Sequence record: NC_028899.1
DNA: 64,000 bases
Direction: 5' to 3' (one strand)
Shown: piece after piece, positions 1 to 9,138 of the stretch
How positions within the stretch are numbered: the stretch's first letter is position 1
How the letters are laid out: each line of letters begins with the position of its first letter
The notes under the pieces: model-generated
What the model was told of the DNA's origin: nothing
Databases searched by the model: none
Seen by the model: the letters and a program-made list of their open reading frames with translations, nothing else
Program-made: the position numbers and the translations under genes

Positions 1-2
1 TC

Positions 3-242
3 TCGGACTGGTTCCCGGATTACTTCTTCACGCCGAATACGTCGGCCGACTTCAACCGCATGTCGCTCGACACCCAGGGCTGGTTCAACATGCTCATGGC
101 GATGCTCCCCATCGCTCGTGACATGACCAGTGGTTCGACGATTCCCAACGGCTACACGCGCGTGATTCGCGGCACCAAGATGTATCTGGCCAAGAGTTAC
201 GATGACGTGCAGTTCCTGATCCAAGCACAGGCGGCACCGTAA
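3..242 (+). CDS. C-terminal part of a hypothetical (probably virion) protein, truncated by the window start
   Basis: Frame is open from position 3 (SDWFPDYFFTPNT...) to TAA at 240-242, which overlaps the ATG of the next gene (TAATG). Confidence 0.7.
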   Translation, partial: SDWFPDYFFTPNTSADFNRMSLDTQGWFNMLMAMLPIARDMTSGSTIPNGYTRVIRGTKMYLAKSYDDVQFLIQAQAAP

Positions 243-871
243 TGGCTGAACTCCTCCCTTCGATCGGGGCTTCGGGCGATTGGACGCTCAAGCCCCCTTT
301 TGACACCAAATACACTGCCGGTCTCGCCTACAGCTGTCGAGCGATCAACAAGATCAGCTCGTTGGTGGCAACCGGCGTCGACGTATTCAATACGTTCTAT
401 GTTCCGAACGATTTGACGGTCGATAAGTACAACGCAGATGTTGCGGCCGACCTTTCGATGGTGACGTTACAGTCCTCGTCTGGTCAGGTCCTCATCCTGC
501 CGTCGACTTACTTGTCCGGCTGGCCGAGTGCGGATTCCGTACCTTATGTGGTTATGGGCATGGTGATCAATTTGGGAGCGATCCCGAACACACTCGATCC
601 GACGTTCCTGACCCCTAAGGTGGCTGCGGTCATCAAAGCGGCCTTGGGACACGACCCGGACATCCAATACGCTACGTTGTCGGAGACGACCAACAAGACG
701 TGGGATGACCACACGGCACTTGAAAACCTGCGCTTGGCGAATATCACGGATGACAATTCGGATTACATCAAGCGCCTGAATGCTGAATCGGATCTGGCCG
801 CAGCACAGGCACAGATCGCAGCATTGCAACAATTCATCATTCAATCGGGTCTGACCGTACCGAGCGCATAA
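242..871 (+). CDS. Hypothetical protein, 209 aa, probable virion structural protein
   Basis: Translationally coupled start, phage-like codon usage, short C-terminal coiled coil, followed by a hairpin. Confidence 0.7.
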   Translation: MAELLPSIGASGDWTLKPPFDTKYTAGLAYSCRAINKISSLVATGVDVFNTFYVPNDLTVDKYNADVAADLSMVTLQSSSGQVLILPSTYLSGWPSADSVPYVVMGMVINLGAIPNTLDPTFLTPKVAAVIKAALGHDPDIQYATLSETTNKTWDDHTALENLRLANITDDNSDYIKRLNAESDLAAAQAQIAALQQFIIQSGLTVPSA

Positions 872-881
872 CGAAAACAGA

Positions 882-911
882 CACTACTGGAGGCGTGAGC
901 CTCCAGTAGTG
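882..911 (+). terminator. Intergenic hairpin, 13-bp stem, GTGA loop
   Basis: CACTACTGGAGGC-GTGA-GCCTCCAGTAGTG just downstream of the stop at 871. Confidence 0.7.
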
Positions 912-939
912 ATCTTGTGACTTTATCTATGGATTAATC

Positions 940-1470
940 ATGTCTCCTTACGCGAAGCTATCGGGAGTGTGGAAACACGTCTCGCAAATATTCATCAAGC
1001 AGGCTGGTGCCTGGAAGCAAGTCAAGCAAGGCTGGATTAAATCAGGCGGGATCTGGAAACAGTTCTACGCATGGGCTACGACCGTTGCCATTCCTACTGT
1101 CATGTATGTGGTCAGTTCCAACAATGGTGGAACTGAAACAGCCATGGCTACCCTCTCTACGCCTTATCCCGATCACGGAGGTTTCATTTCCAGTATTGGG
1201 ATGGACACTCAATACAATTCCGGAACCGGCAATACGGATTCTTGGTCTTATGAGTTACAGTTTCAAACATCTCAGCCTGCGCCCACATGGACAGGTAACT
1301 TCAAGGTCACGAATTTGAATACCGGTGTTTCCGTTATTCTGGCTGCCAATACTGCTTATGACTGGCGCACAGTCGTCGTTAATCCTGGAAGCGTGGGATT
1401 CCCAGCGAACCCGTACGAAGGATGGATCCGACAAGGCGCAACTGATACGTTCCGATTCGAAGAAGCTTAA
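940..1470 (+). CDS. Putative tail adhesin/receptor-binding protein with a triple G-x-W-K N-terminal module
   Basis: N-terminus SGVWKHV / AGAWKQV / GGIWKQF; T/S/N/Y-rich beta-type C-domain; AT-richer than neighbouring core genes; paralog of the next gene. Confidence 0.6.
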   Translation: MSPYAKLSGVWKHVSQIFIKQAGAWKQVKQGWIKSGGIWKQFYAWATTVAIPTVMYVVSSNNGGTETAMATLSTPYPDHGGFISSIGMDTQYNSGTGNTDSWSYELQFQTSQPAPTWTGNFKVTNLNTGVSVILAANTAYDWRTVVVNPGSVGFPANPYEGWIRQGATDTFRFEEA

Positions 1471-1476
1471 AGAACC

Positions 1477-2028
1477 ATGCAAACATTACTAAAAAAATCA
1501 GGGGTATGGAAAAACGTAAGTCAGTTGTTTATCAAGGAGGGTGGAGTCTGGAAACAGGCAAAACAGGGATGGGTTAAGGTAGGCGGTGTGTGGAAACAAT
1601 TCTACACCGCATATACTCCCGTTCAAGCAACTGGGCAGGTTGCTTCTTACCAGAAATCTGCATACAACAATAGCGTTGAAAACGCAGTCTCGCTGCTCAA
1701 ACCTCAAGGCACTCTATTCAATGGTTTTGCCTTGTCGTATATCGTGATGGGAATCACGTGGGACAGCACTTCTAAAAACAGTATCGTGAATTATGCCTTC
1801 GGGCTTTATTTCGATACCACCGGTCCTCAACCGACAGGTATTGGAAACATCAAGGTAACCAACTTGACTACTGGTGTCGCGATGGTTCTTTCGCCAGAAC
1901 CCACGTCATCGGCATGGCTGTGGAGTTACTATTGGCCGAACAACACGGGTCAGAATTATCCGGATAACCCGTATGATGCCTGGCTGCGAAACGTCACGAC
2001 CGATTTGTACCAGTTCGATCCAGCATAA
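1477..2028 (+). CDS. Putative tail adhesin, tandem paralog of 940-1470
   Basis: Same triple GVWK module and shared C-terminal blocks (KVTNLxTGV...PxNPYxxWxR...D.xxFxxA); divergent middle. Confidence 0.6.
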   Translation: MQTLLKKSGVWKNVSQLFIKEGGVWKQAKQGWVKVGGVWKQFYTAYTPVQATGQVASYQKSAYNNSVENAVSLLKPQGTLFNGFALSYIVMGITWDSTSKNSIVNYAFGLYFDTTGPQPTGIGNIKVTNLTTGVAMVLSPEPTSSAWLWSYYWPNNTGQNYPDNPYDAWLRNVTTDLYQFDPA

Positions 2029-2035
2029 AGACATA

Positions 2036-2065
2036 GACTACAGACGGCGCAAGCCGTCTGTAGTC
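2036..2065. terminator. Hairpin between convergent genes, 13-bp stem, GCAA loop
   Basis: GACTACAGACGGC-GCAA-GCCGTCTGTAGTC between stops at 2028 (+) and 2072 (-). Confidence 0.7.
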
Positions 2066-2071
2066 GTATGT

Positions 2072-4582
2072 TTAACTGATCACCACATGCTCGTTGTAGA
2101 CGATGTTCGTTGGCAACAAGACATTGTCCTTACTCAGGACGCACGTCTGCGCCAAAGATGACAAAGCGCCATGGTTCGATTCATAGTGAGACACCATGTA
2201 GATCTGACCGTAGGCTTGCTCATCCAGCAGTTTCTTAACGAAGTAAATAGCATTCTGACGATGAGCGTCGTCGAACGCTGCTTCGAACTCGTCCAGAAAG
2301 AGCGGCAAGTGTCCCAGCCCAAGCTGTCGTAGAGCACACATCCGGAACGAAAAGTTGAACATCGCCAACATCGATTCCGAACCCTCCACCACATCCCGGT
2401 TCGGTTTGCCTTCCCGATTCTTCCAGAAAGGAAACTTGTAGTCCATCTCCGCGGTACCATCTTCCATCTGGAAGGGCAGGAGTTCGAGGGGATAGGACCA
2501 TACGGAATTGATGACCTTGTTCATCCGCATCACGAAGACGTTGATAAACCGATGCAGCCCTTCGGCTATGGCGCCATTCGTTGGGGATAGAGCGATGTGG
2601 GCCGCTTTCGCGATCCGCTCGTTCATATGTGCTTCCTCCAGCTGACGCATGAGTTCGTCCACGATTGACTGCTGCTGTGTAGCCGCATTCAGCGCGTCTT
2701 CTTTTCGTGCCAGCTGGGTCTGCAAAGACATGATAAGGTACCATAGCAACTCCTGGTATCTTGAGTACACGTAGTCCTTCGCGTACTTGGTTTGCATGTG
2801 AACGTTATTCAGCAACTGCTCGTTCAGCTTGGCATTGCGATCGAACGCCGAGATCAGATTCTCCGAGCGGATCAAGTCTTCTGCTAGCGTTCGGAGTTTC
2901 TGTGTCTGAATCCCCATCGTTTCTTCGATATGGGCCAGATCCTTCTCGATGGTTTCGAGCGTATCTGCATCCAGATTCTTTTTGAGCGCGATCTGCTCGT
3001 TAGCGTGGCCGACGATTTTGTACAGCTTCTGGATTTCGATATGGTGGTCGATATCCGAAAGAACCGTATGCAGATCGTGAACGACAGTCTTCGGGAACAG
3101 CAGAAGACGATTGTTCTGGCAAATCTCATTGAAGTAAGGAGCGAGCATGGGAACCGAACGCATCAGACCAGTCACAGCACGAAACTGTTGACCGTAGATT
3201 GTCAGATCGCCAAGATACTTACCCTTTTCATTCATGAGCTTTTCAAGCTCGTTAGCCCGATCAGTCATCCGTTTAACCAGTGCTTCGGCTTTTACGAGAT
3301 CTTCTTCGCTAGCCTGGGCAATCCAGGTATGGTGGCAATTCGGACATTCGATCGAATCTTTCTGAACGTGTTCTCGTCTATGAGCGATATCGCTGCTCAG
3401 ACGCTCTATGCGGCTCGTGAGCGGGATGAATTCATTTTTGTAGGCGTTGTATGCCTGCTGAGCTTCTTCTTCCTTAGCGGCCGTATAAAGGCCGTCATTG
3501 ACGGGTAGTTCGGTCAGCTTATCAACGAGTTCGCCATAGACAGAATCCAGAGCGAGTGCGGCTTGCTGGGCATCTTCAGGCGCGATGTTCCGAAACACCA
3601 GGTAGTTCTCTTTGAACGCAATCTGGTCTTGGGCATCTTTAACTTTCTTTTCCAGTTCGCCAATCGACTCCGTACCTGCTTTGATCAGCATGTCGTACTT
3701 TTTCTTGATGCGGGAATGATCCGCAAACAAGTGCTGAGACAGTTGTTGGGTCGAATGGATCTGGATCTTGATCGTATCGCGTGCATCCACCAATTGCTCA
3801 CGAGTCTCGTAACCACATGACTCCAACATGGAGTTGTTCAGTCGATCGACTTCGTTACAGTTGGTTTGCAACATTTGCTGCACGCCATTCAGCTGCGTCA
3901 GGACATCGTCAGACTTGTCGGCCTGGGCATTGCGCATGCCATAGATTTCCTGAATCAGCTTTTTGATCTCGCTAGTTTCTTCCTTCATCTGCGAGACTAC
4001 ATCTTTATCGACGAGTTTATTGGTCTCATCGACCAGTCGTTTCTGCAAACGCTTGATCATGCCTTGCGCGTCGCGATGCTGATCCTGGAGTTTACGATAT
4101 GCGTTCATCGCATACGTGAAGTCCGTGTCAGCCAGTCGAATCATCCAGTAACGACGACGACTCGGGCTCATGTCGGTCAGTTTCTCATAACCGAGAGCCA
4201 GATTCCGGATCTCGTCGGTTACGCCGAAATGTTCCAGACACAATGCGCGACACATTTCGATTTTGAATCCATCGTTCAATTCAATGCCATCGACGATGAA
4301 TTCGTATTTCGGTTTATTCCCATCGAATGTGGAAATGATCTGGTATTGTTTTCCGTTATAGGTGCATTGGAAGTCACACTTCCCGCCCACACCGAAATCG
4401 TCTTTATTGGCAGGCAGCGGCCAGAGCATGTGCATGAACGAACTCTTGCCTGCGCCATTGGTGCCAAGGATTGTCTGGAGAGCATAAGCGGTGTCAGGAG
4501 TAAACAGAATCCGACTACCGGTCAGGCTCATGCGAATATAGTTCACGAGTTCAACGCTCGTGACAATCATCATCTTGCTCAT
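2072..4582 (-). CDS. sbcC: SbcC/Rad50-like SMC ATPase
   Basis: Walker A (GTNGAGKSS), long coiled coils, central zinc hook CPNC, Walker B/D-loop (LFLDEFEAAFD), H-loop (VSH). Confidence 0.9.
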   Translation of the reverse strand: MSKMMIVTSVELVNYIRMSLTGSRILFTPDTAYALQTILGTNGAGKSSFMHMLWPLPANKDDFGVGGKCDFQCTYNGKQYQIISTFDGNKPKYEFIVDGIELNDGFKIEMCRALCLEHFGVTDEIRNLALGYEKLTDMSPSRRRYWMIRLADTDFTYAMNAYRKLQDQHRDAQGMIKRLQKRLVDETNKLVDKDVVSQMKEETSEIKKLIQEIYGMRNAQADKSDDVLTQLNGVQQMLQTNCNEVDRLNNSMLESCGYETREQLVDARDTIKIQIHSTQQLSQHLFADHSRIKKKYDMLIKAGTESIGELEKKVKDAQDQIAFKENYLVFRNIAPEDAQQAALALDSVYGELVDKLTELPVNDGLYTAAKEEEAQQAYNAYKNEFIPLTSRIERLSSDIAHRREHVQKDSIECPNCHHTWIAQASEEDLVKAEALVKRMTDRANELEKLMNEKGKYLGDLTIYGQQFRAVTGLMRSVPMLAPYFNEICQNNRLLLFPKTVVHDLHTVLSDIDHHIEIQKLYKIVGHANEQIALKKNLDADTLETIEKDLAHIEETMGIQTQKLRTLAEDLIRSENLISAFDRNAKLNEQLLNNVHMQTKYAKDYVYSRYQELLWYLIMSLQTQLARKEDALNAATQQQSIVDELMRQLEEAHMNERIAKAAHIALSPTNGAIAEGLHRFINVFVMRMNKVINSVWSYPLELLPFQMEDGTAEMDYKFPFWKNREGKPNRDVVEGSESMLAMFNFSFRMCALRQLGLGHLPLFLDEFEAAFDDAHRQNAIYFVKKLLDEQAYGQIYMVSHYESNHGALSSLAQTCVLSKDNVLLPTNIVYNEHVVIS

Positions 4583-4645
4583 TCAGTCCTCTAGTTGGAC
4601 AGGGTACAGATAATACGACTTAGTGATAAATTTTTAGGAAACGCT

Positions 4646-5644
4646 ATGGCAGAGAACAATGCTCCGGCTTCTCCGGGCACTCCCGATACGTCGGCTTCGA
4701 AGTTCCATTTCTATTCCTTCGGTCAGGTAGCCGCGAACAAACCTCGTCATGAAGGCAATGGTCCCTGCATGATGCTGGAAGTGTTCCCGCAGGAAAAATT
4801 CACAATGTCGGCTGGTGAAATCACCGACAACGTGGAGACGATCAATGTTAAAGGCCAAGACGCTACTGGCAAGGCTTACGAAGGCAAGATCGAAACCAAG
4901 CCTTCGATCACCTGCATGTGGCTGCCCATCGGAGAACCCAACCGAGTTACTCCCCCAGACGTACGACGCGGTGAGCAGGTCATCATTTACCGATATGCCG
5001 ACACCCAGTATTACTTCTGGTCATCCGCTTTCAACAACCTTATTCGGAAACTGGAAACGGTAACGCACTGGTATTCAGGTATTCCCGAAGACGGCAAAAA
5101 TGCTCCGACGGATAAGACATCCGATAACGGTTACATCGTCGAAGTATCGACCCACGACAAACATATCCTGATCACGACTTCCAAACTCAATGGCGAGAAA
5201 TGCCGCTACACGGTAGCGCTCGACACGGCAAACGGGAAGTTCAATCTGGAAGACGATCTGGGTAACGAACTCGAACTCGATTCAGTAGCAGGCGTGTTGA
5301 CGGCTACGACCGAAAACCAGATCATTCACAATACGAAGAAGTTCACCTCGAACTGTGAAGAATTTGAAGTGAATGCTTCCAAGAGCGTACAGTTCAATAC
5401 GCCCAAGACCGGAATGTCTCAGGACATGCAGGTTGATGGTAACTCGCTTCAAAAGGGTTTCGCCAACTTTACCACTGGCATTGGTGGCGGTGGATCAGGC
5501 GACACCACCGCAGATCTGGAGTTCAAGGGCAACGTCACACAGACGGGCAACTGGACGACCAATGGCGCACAGACCGTCAACGGAGAACTCGCCGTTCATG
5601 GTACGGGTACTTTCGACGGCAACGTCAACGCGCCAAACATCTAA
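4646..5644 (+). CDS. Putative baseplate central spike/puncturing protein (gp5/gp138-like)
   Basis: ATG at 4646 after AGGA; OB-fold-like N-half (VTPPDVRRGEQVIIY); C-terminal V-x-G-N/T-x-T beta-helix repeats ending NVNAPNI. Confidence 0.6.
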   Translation: MAENNAPASPGTPDTSASKFHFYSFGQVAANKPRHEGNGPCMMLEVFPQEKFTMSAGEITDNVETINVKGQDATGKAYEGKIETKPSITCMWLPIGEPNRVTPPDVRRGEQVIIYRYADTQYYFWSSAFNNLIRKLETVTHWYSGIPEDGKNAPTDKTSDNGYIVEVSTHDKHILITTSKLNGEKCRYTVALDTANGKFNLEDDLGNELELDSVAGVLTATTENQIIHNTKKFTSNCEEFEVNASKSVQFNTPKTGMSQDMQVDGNSLQKGFANFTTGIGGGGSGDTTADLEFKGNVTQTGNWTTNGAQTVNGELAVHGTGTFDGNVNAPNI

Positions 5645-5659
5645 ACATAAAGCACAGAC

Positions 5660-5687
5660 TACAGAGTGGGCGCGAGCCCACTCTGTA
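5660..5687. terminator. Hairpin between convergent genes, 12-bp stem, GCGA loop
   Basis: TACAGAGTGGGC-GCGA-GCCCACTCTGTA between stops at 5644 (+) and 5693 (-). Confidence 0.7.
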
Positions 5688-5692
5688 TGTCC

Positions 5693-6970
5693 TTATGATA
5701 CCTGGATCTGGATTTCTTCTTCGATGAGTTTCAGGAACATGGCGTCACCCAACGTTCCCGCTTTACCCATCCACATCTGGTTGTCGACTGCCACACGGTC
5801 AGCATAACCAACCGTATTGAACAGATAATTCCGTTTGAAGGTGTCGTGGCAACGCAGCATCCAGCCACCGGCTTCGTATTGCTTCCAGTAGACTTCGTGT
5901 TTGCCTTCACCCGTAACCAGAGGCCACTTGGGTTCTTCCCACGACATGAAAGTGTGAGGAACCGTTTGCTTTTCCGGATAGGTCTTCTCGACCACGATGG
6001 TGTTCGCATCGAGCAACACCATGAACGATTGACTCATGGTGAAGTACTTGGTCAGGAAATCCTGACTCTTGAAGTTCTGAGCGATCACCCAGTTCGGGTT
6101 ATCCGTCTGATGCTGGATATTGAAATCGTCGAAGTCCAGATACGGCTCGGACTCGAAGTACTTCTCCAGGAACGGATACTTGAACGTCTTGAACGTGAAG
6201 ATGTTCGTGTTGGTGAGCAGACACTGATTGCCGCCAGGCAGCAACATGTAGCCACCCAGAATCAGAATCGGTGTCTTGGTCGTCAGATCGGTATCGGCGA
6301 ACTTGACATGGACTTTGTCGACGAGACCCGTGTCCGTATTCAGGTCGAATGCCAGCATGTCTTGCGTAATCGGCACGATGTCAAACGTACCGAACGTACC
6401 GAACGAAAGCAGACCCAGCTGGTTGCTGCCAGATTTCAGACGCGACTTGTTGCCGTCGACGATATAGAAGCCTTTCGAATCTGCAGCAGTGTTGTGGTAA
6501 AAGCCATTGACGTTGGCTAACACTTTCTGACGGAAACCCAGATAGTCGTAACCGACCTGATCTGCGGGATTGTCAGGCTTCACCACGACGTGCGGACGGA
6601 GTTCCTGAGGCAAGTCGACACCAGCACCGACATTGTAGTCGATGGAGTCTGCCCAGAAACCAGCTTCCCACAAATCGCTGAAAATAGCGTTGTTTCGCAC
6701 GATCACCGGACTACCTACGGTAGTCGGTAAAGTTTTATTGCCGATCGCGGTCAGATAGTCTGAAATCGTACCCGCATTGGTCTGGATCGCTGCTGCAACA
6801 TCGTCCAGGTTAAGTGTCAGTTCAGTGTCGGTGATTCCGTCCGTCAGGACAACATAAACCTGTCGGTATTTGGTCAGGAGGGTACTGGTAGGAGTCGCCG
6901 AAATGTCGACTTCTGCCCAGCGTTGGTTGGTGCCGGGTGCAACGGCGAGTGCTCGAACGAATGTGTACAT
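5693..6970 (-). CDS. Hypothetical protein, 425 aa, probable virion structural protein
   Basis: Long ORF with RBS (GAGG) and phage codon bias, in a structural-gene neighbourhood. Confidence 0.7.
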   Translation of the reverse strand: MYTFVRALAVAPGTNQRWAEVDISATPTSTLLTKYRQVYVVLTDGITDTELTLNLDDVAAAIQTNAGTISDYLTAIGNKTLPTTVGSPVIVRNNAIFSDLWEAGFWADSIDYNVGAGVDLPQELRPHVVVKPDNPADQVGYDYLGFRQKVLANVNGFYHNTAADSKGFYIVDGNKSRLKSGSNQLGLLSFGTFGTFDIVPITQDMLAFDLNTDTGLVDKVHVKFADTDLTTKTPILILGGYMLLPGGNQCLLTNTNIFTFKTFKYPFLEKYFESEPYLDFDDFNIQHQTDNPNWVIAQNFKSQDFLTKYFTMSQSFMVLLDANTIVVEKTYPEKQTVPHTFMSWEEPKWPLVTGEGKHEVYWKQYEAGGWMLRCHDTFKRNYLFNTVGYADRVAVDNQMWMGKAGTLGDAMFLKLIEEEIQIQVS

Positions 6971-7054
6971 AGAAACCTCACTCTTGACCGAGGGGGGTCA
7001 AGAATAATATGACCTCAAAATTAGGTTTTATCTTATTTAACCGGAGAATGCAGT

Positions 7055-9127
7055 ATGTCCGATCCCGTAACTAGCTATCCGGTAGATTACACCGGTCAGG
7101 CGGCTAGCAATCGAATCGTGGATGAACAGATCGTTATCCTCCCTCCGGGTGATCGTCTGTTCCAATTCACAATGCCGCTTTTCGCGCCGTTTTTCGAGGA
7201 AGGTCACTCCCTCAAGCTGCGCGACATCAATAACAACGTCACACCATTAACGTTGGGCGTTGACTATTATCTCAGCCACAAGTTCATGGATGCCTCCTTG
7301 GCGACCATGCACCCGATCTGGGGTTCGGTCAGCTTCCTGAAACCGATCAGCGGCGTGCTGCTGATGACGTACCAGACCCTCGGTGGAATCTGGACGATCG
7401 ATCAGGCCACGATCACCGAAATCCTGATGAACACGACTCAGAACCCGCGTATCACTACGTGGGAACAGGTCGTGGAACGTCCGGTCGACTTCCCTGTGAT
7501 CGACCACCCGTGGAACCTCGCAGACATGGTCGGCATGTCCGAGATCTACACGGTGCTGGAGAACTTCTACCAGGCATATCTCCTGTCGCTGGATCCGAAC
7601 GGCGGCGGTGGCGGTTCTTCGATCATCCTCGACCACATCAACAACAAGAACAACCCGCACAGTGTGACGGCGGCTCAAACGGGCGCCTACAGCACGCTCC
7701 AGATCGACACGATGCTGGGCGGCTATGTCACGACGTCAGGCACTGCTGCGAATTCGACTCTCTTCAATGGCAAGTCCTATGCCCAGATGCTCGTGGACGT
7801 AGCAGCCGTGAAGGTGGCGAATGCCACTCATGCTGACGTTGCCGATAACGCAACCAATGCAAACTCGGCCACGAATGCAGCAGCGCTTGGTGGTAAGTCG
7901 CTGGCTCAGCTGATGACCGATGTGGCAAACACGAAGGTCGCCAATGCTGCTCATGCCGACACTGCAGACAATGCGACGACGGCTGGTACGGCAACGGATT
8001 CGAATCAGTTGGGTGGTCAGACACTGACGCAGGTTCTGGCGGCTGCTCAACAGCAAAAAGCGGCCGATACGTTCCTGTTCAACGGCAAGTCGTATGCCGA
8101 TGCAGCAGCTGACATCCTGACGGGTAAGGCTGCCGACTCGGACAAACTCGCCGGACAAACGCTTACGCAGATCATCGCCACGCTCCAACAAGCAACTGGT
8201 GATGCGACGACCCTGAGTGGTAAAACCCTCGACCAGATCATGGCCGACGTGGTTAACACGAAGGTCAACAACGCAACGAATGCCGATACGGCAACCAATG
8301 CGCTTGCGCTCGGCGGCCAGTCTCTCTCGCAGATTCTGGCATCGGTAGCAGGCGTGGTTCCGGATCTGTCGCACAATTCGGAAGCGGTTTACGGCTACAC
8401 GTTCGACCAGCTGGTCACGGCTATCGTTCAGAGCAACACGTACGCGTCGCAACTCGACTATCTGTGCGTGGATCTGGACATTGAACACGGCACTGTCATC
8501 ACGTCGAACAATGGTGGTACGGCAGATGCCAACTATCATTACCTGTACGTGGGTTCTTTCCCGATTCCCACGACGGGCCCGACGAACAACTTCTACGATC
8601 CGACGATCGAACAGGTTGGTTCGTCCTTCGACATGTTCCTGTACTACGCGAACCAGATTCAACGGATCCGTGTGGACGTGAACGTCGACGCAAATCAGAT
8701 CATCGGCGTGAATTCCTACAGCGATGAAGGCAATCTGAACGGATCGGTTTCGATCGGTGTCCGTAACGATCCTTCGACGCTTAAGTCTTCGGATGGCACG
8801 AAGACGGGTCTGTACAAGGAAGTCTGGCTGAAGTTCAAGACCAGTAACAGCCTGCAACGAGTTGGTATTTACCAATTCGTCAAGAACAGCTTCGTGCTGG
8901 ACGAAAGCGAAACGTTGAGCCTGTACGACTCGACTGACGTTCGTTTGAACACGGTCAACTGGGGTCAGCCTAGCTTCACGGCTAACGAGAACTTGCTTCA
9001 GTCGAACATCACGGCTGAGACGACGAATCGTACCAATGCCGATACGGCGATCCGTACGGATACGCAAGCAGCGCTCGACGCGCTGGCGGCTGAAATCAAC
9101 TCCCTGACGGCAACGCCGGCTGCTTAA
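7055..9127 (+). CDS. Tail fibre-like virion protein with internal repeats
   Basis: 690 aa, A/T/N-rich; about 8 copies of (L/F)-(G/N)-G-(K/Q)-(S/T)-(L/Y)-x-Q; N-domain homologous to the next gene (D.TG....N.I..E, P..W..I...P..(F/Y).P..H......L.G). Confidence 0.65.
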   Translation: MSDPVTSYPVDYTGQAASNRIVDEQIVILPPGDRLFQFTMPLFAPFFEEGHSLKLRDINNNVTPLTLGVDYYLSHKFMDASLATMHPIWGSVSFLKPISGVLLMTYQTLGGIWTIDQATITEILMNTTQNPRITTWEQVVERPVDFPVIDHPWNLADMVGMSEIYTVLENFYQAYLLSLDPNGGGGGSSIILDHINNKNNPHSVTAAQTGAYSTLQIDTMLGGYVTTSGTAANSTLFNGKSYAQMLVDVAAVKVANATHADVADNATNANSATNAAALGGKSLAQLMTDVANTKVANAAHADTADNATTAGTATDSNQLGGQTLTQVLAAAQQQKAADTFLFNGKSYADAAADILTGKAADSDKLAGQTLTQIIATLQQATGDATTLSGKTLDQIMADVVNTKVNNATNADTATNALALGGQSLSQILASVAGVVPDLSHNSEAVYGYTFDQLVTAIVQSNTYASQLDYLCVDLDIEHGTVITSNNGGTADANYHYLYVGSFPIPTTGPTNNFYDPTIEQVGSSFDMFLYYANQIQRIRVDVNVDANQIIGVNSYSDEGNLNGSVSIGVRNDPSTLKSSDGTKTGLYKEVWLKFKTSNSLQRVGIYQFVKNSFVLDESETLSLYDSTDVRLNTVNWGQPSFTANENLLQSNITAETTNRTNADTAIRTDTQAALDALAAEINSLTATPAA

Positions 9128-9138
9128 TCTGAGGAATC

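Noticed and set aside
2072-4582. Non-canonical ABC signature and missing SbcD partner as a novelty
   Set aside because: Divergent signatures and an unlinked nuclease subunit are expected in jumbo-phage SbcC homologs; the partner may lie outside the window.
7008-7011. TATG as a phiKZ-type late promoter upstream of the tail fibre gene
   Set aside because: A 4-mer is too short to support without TSS data.
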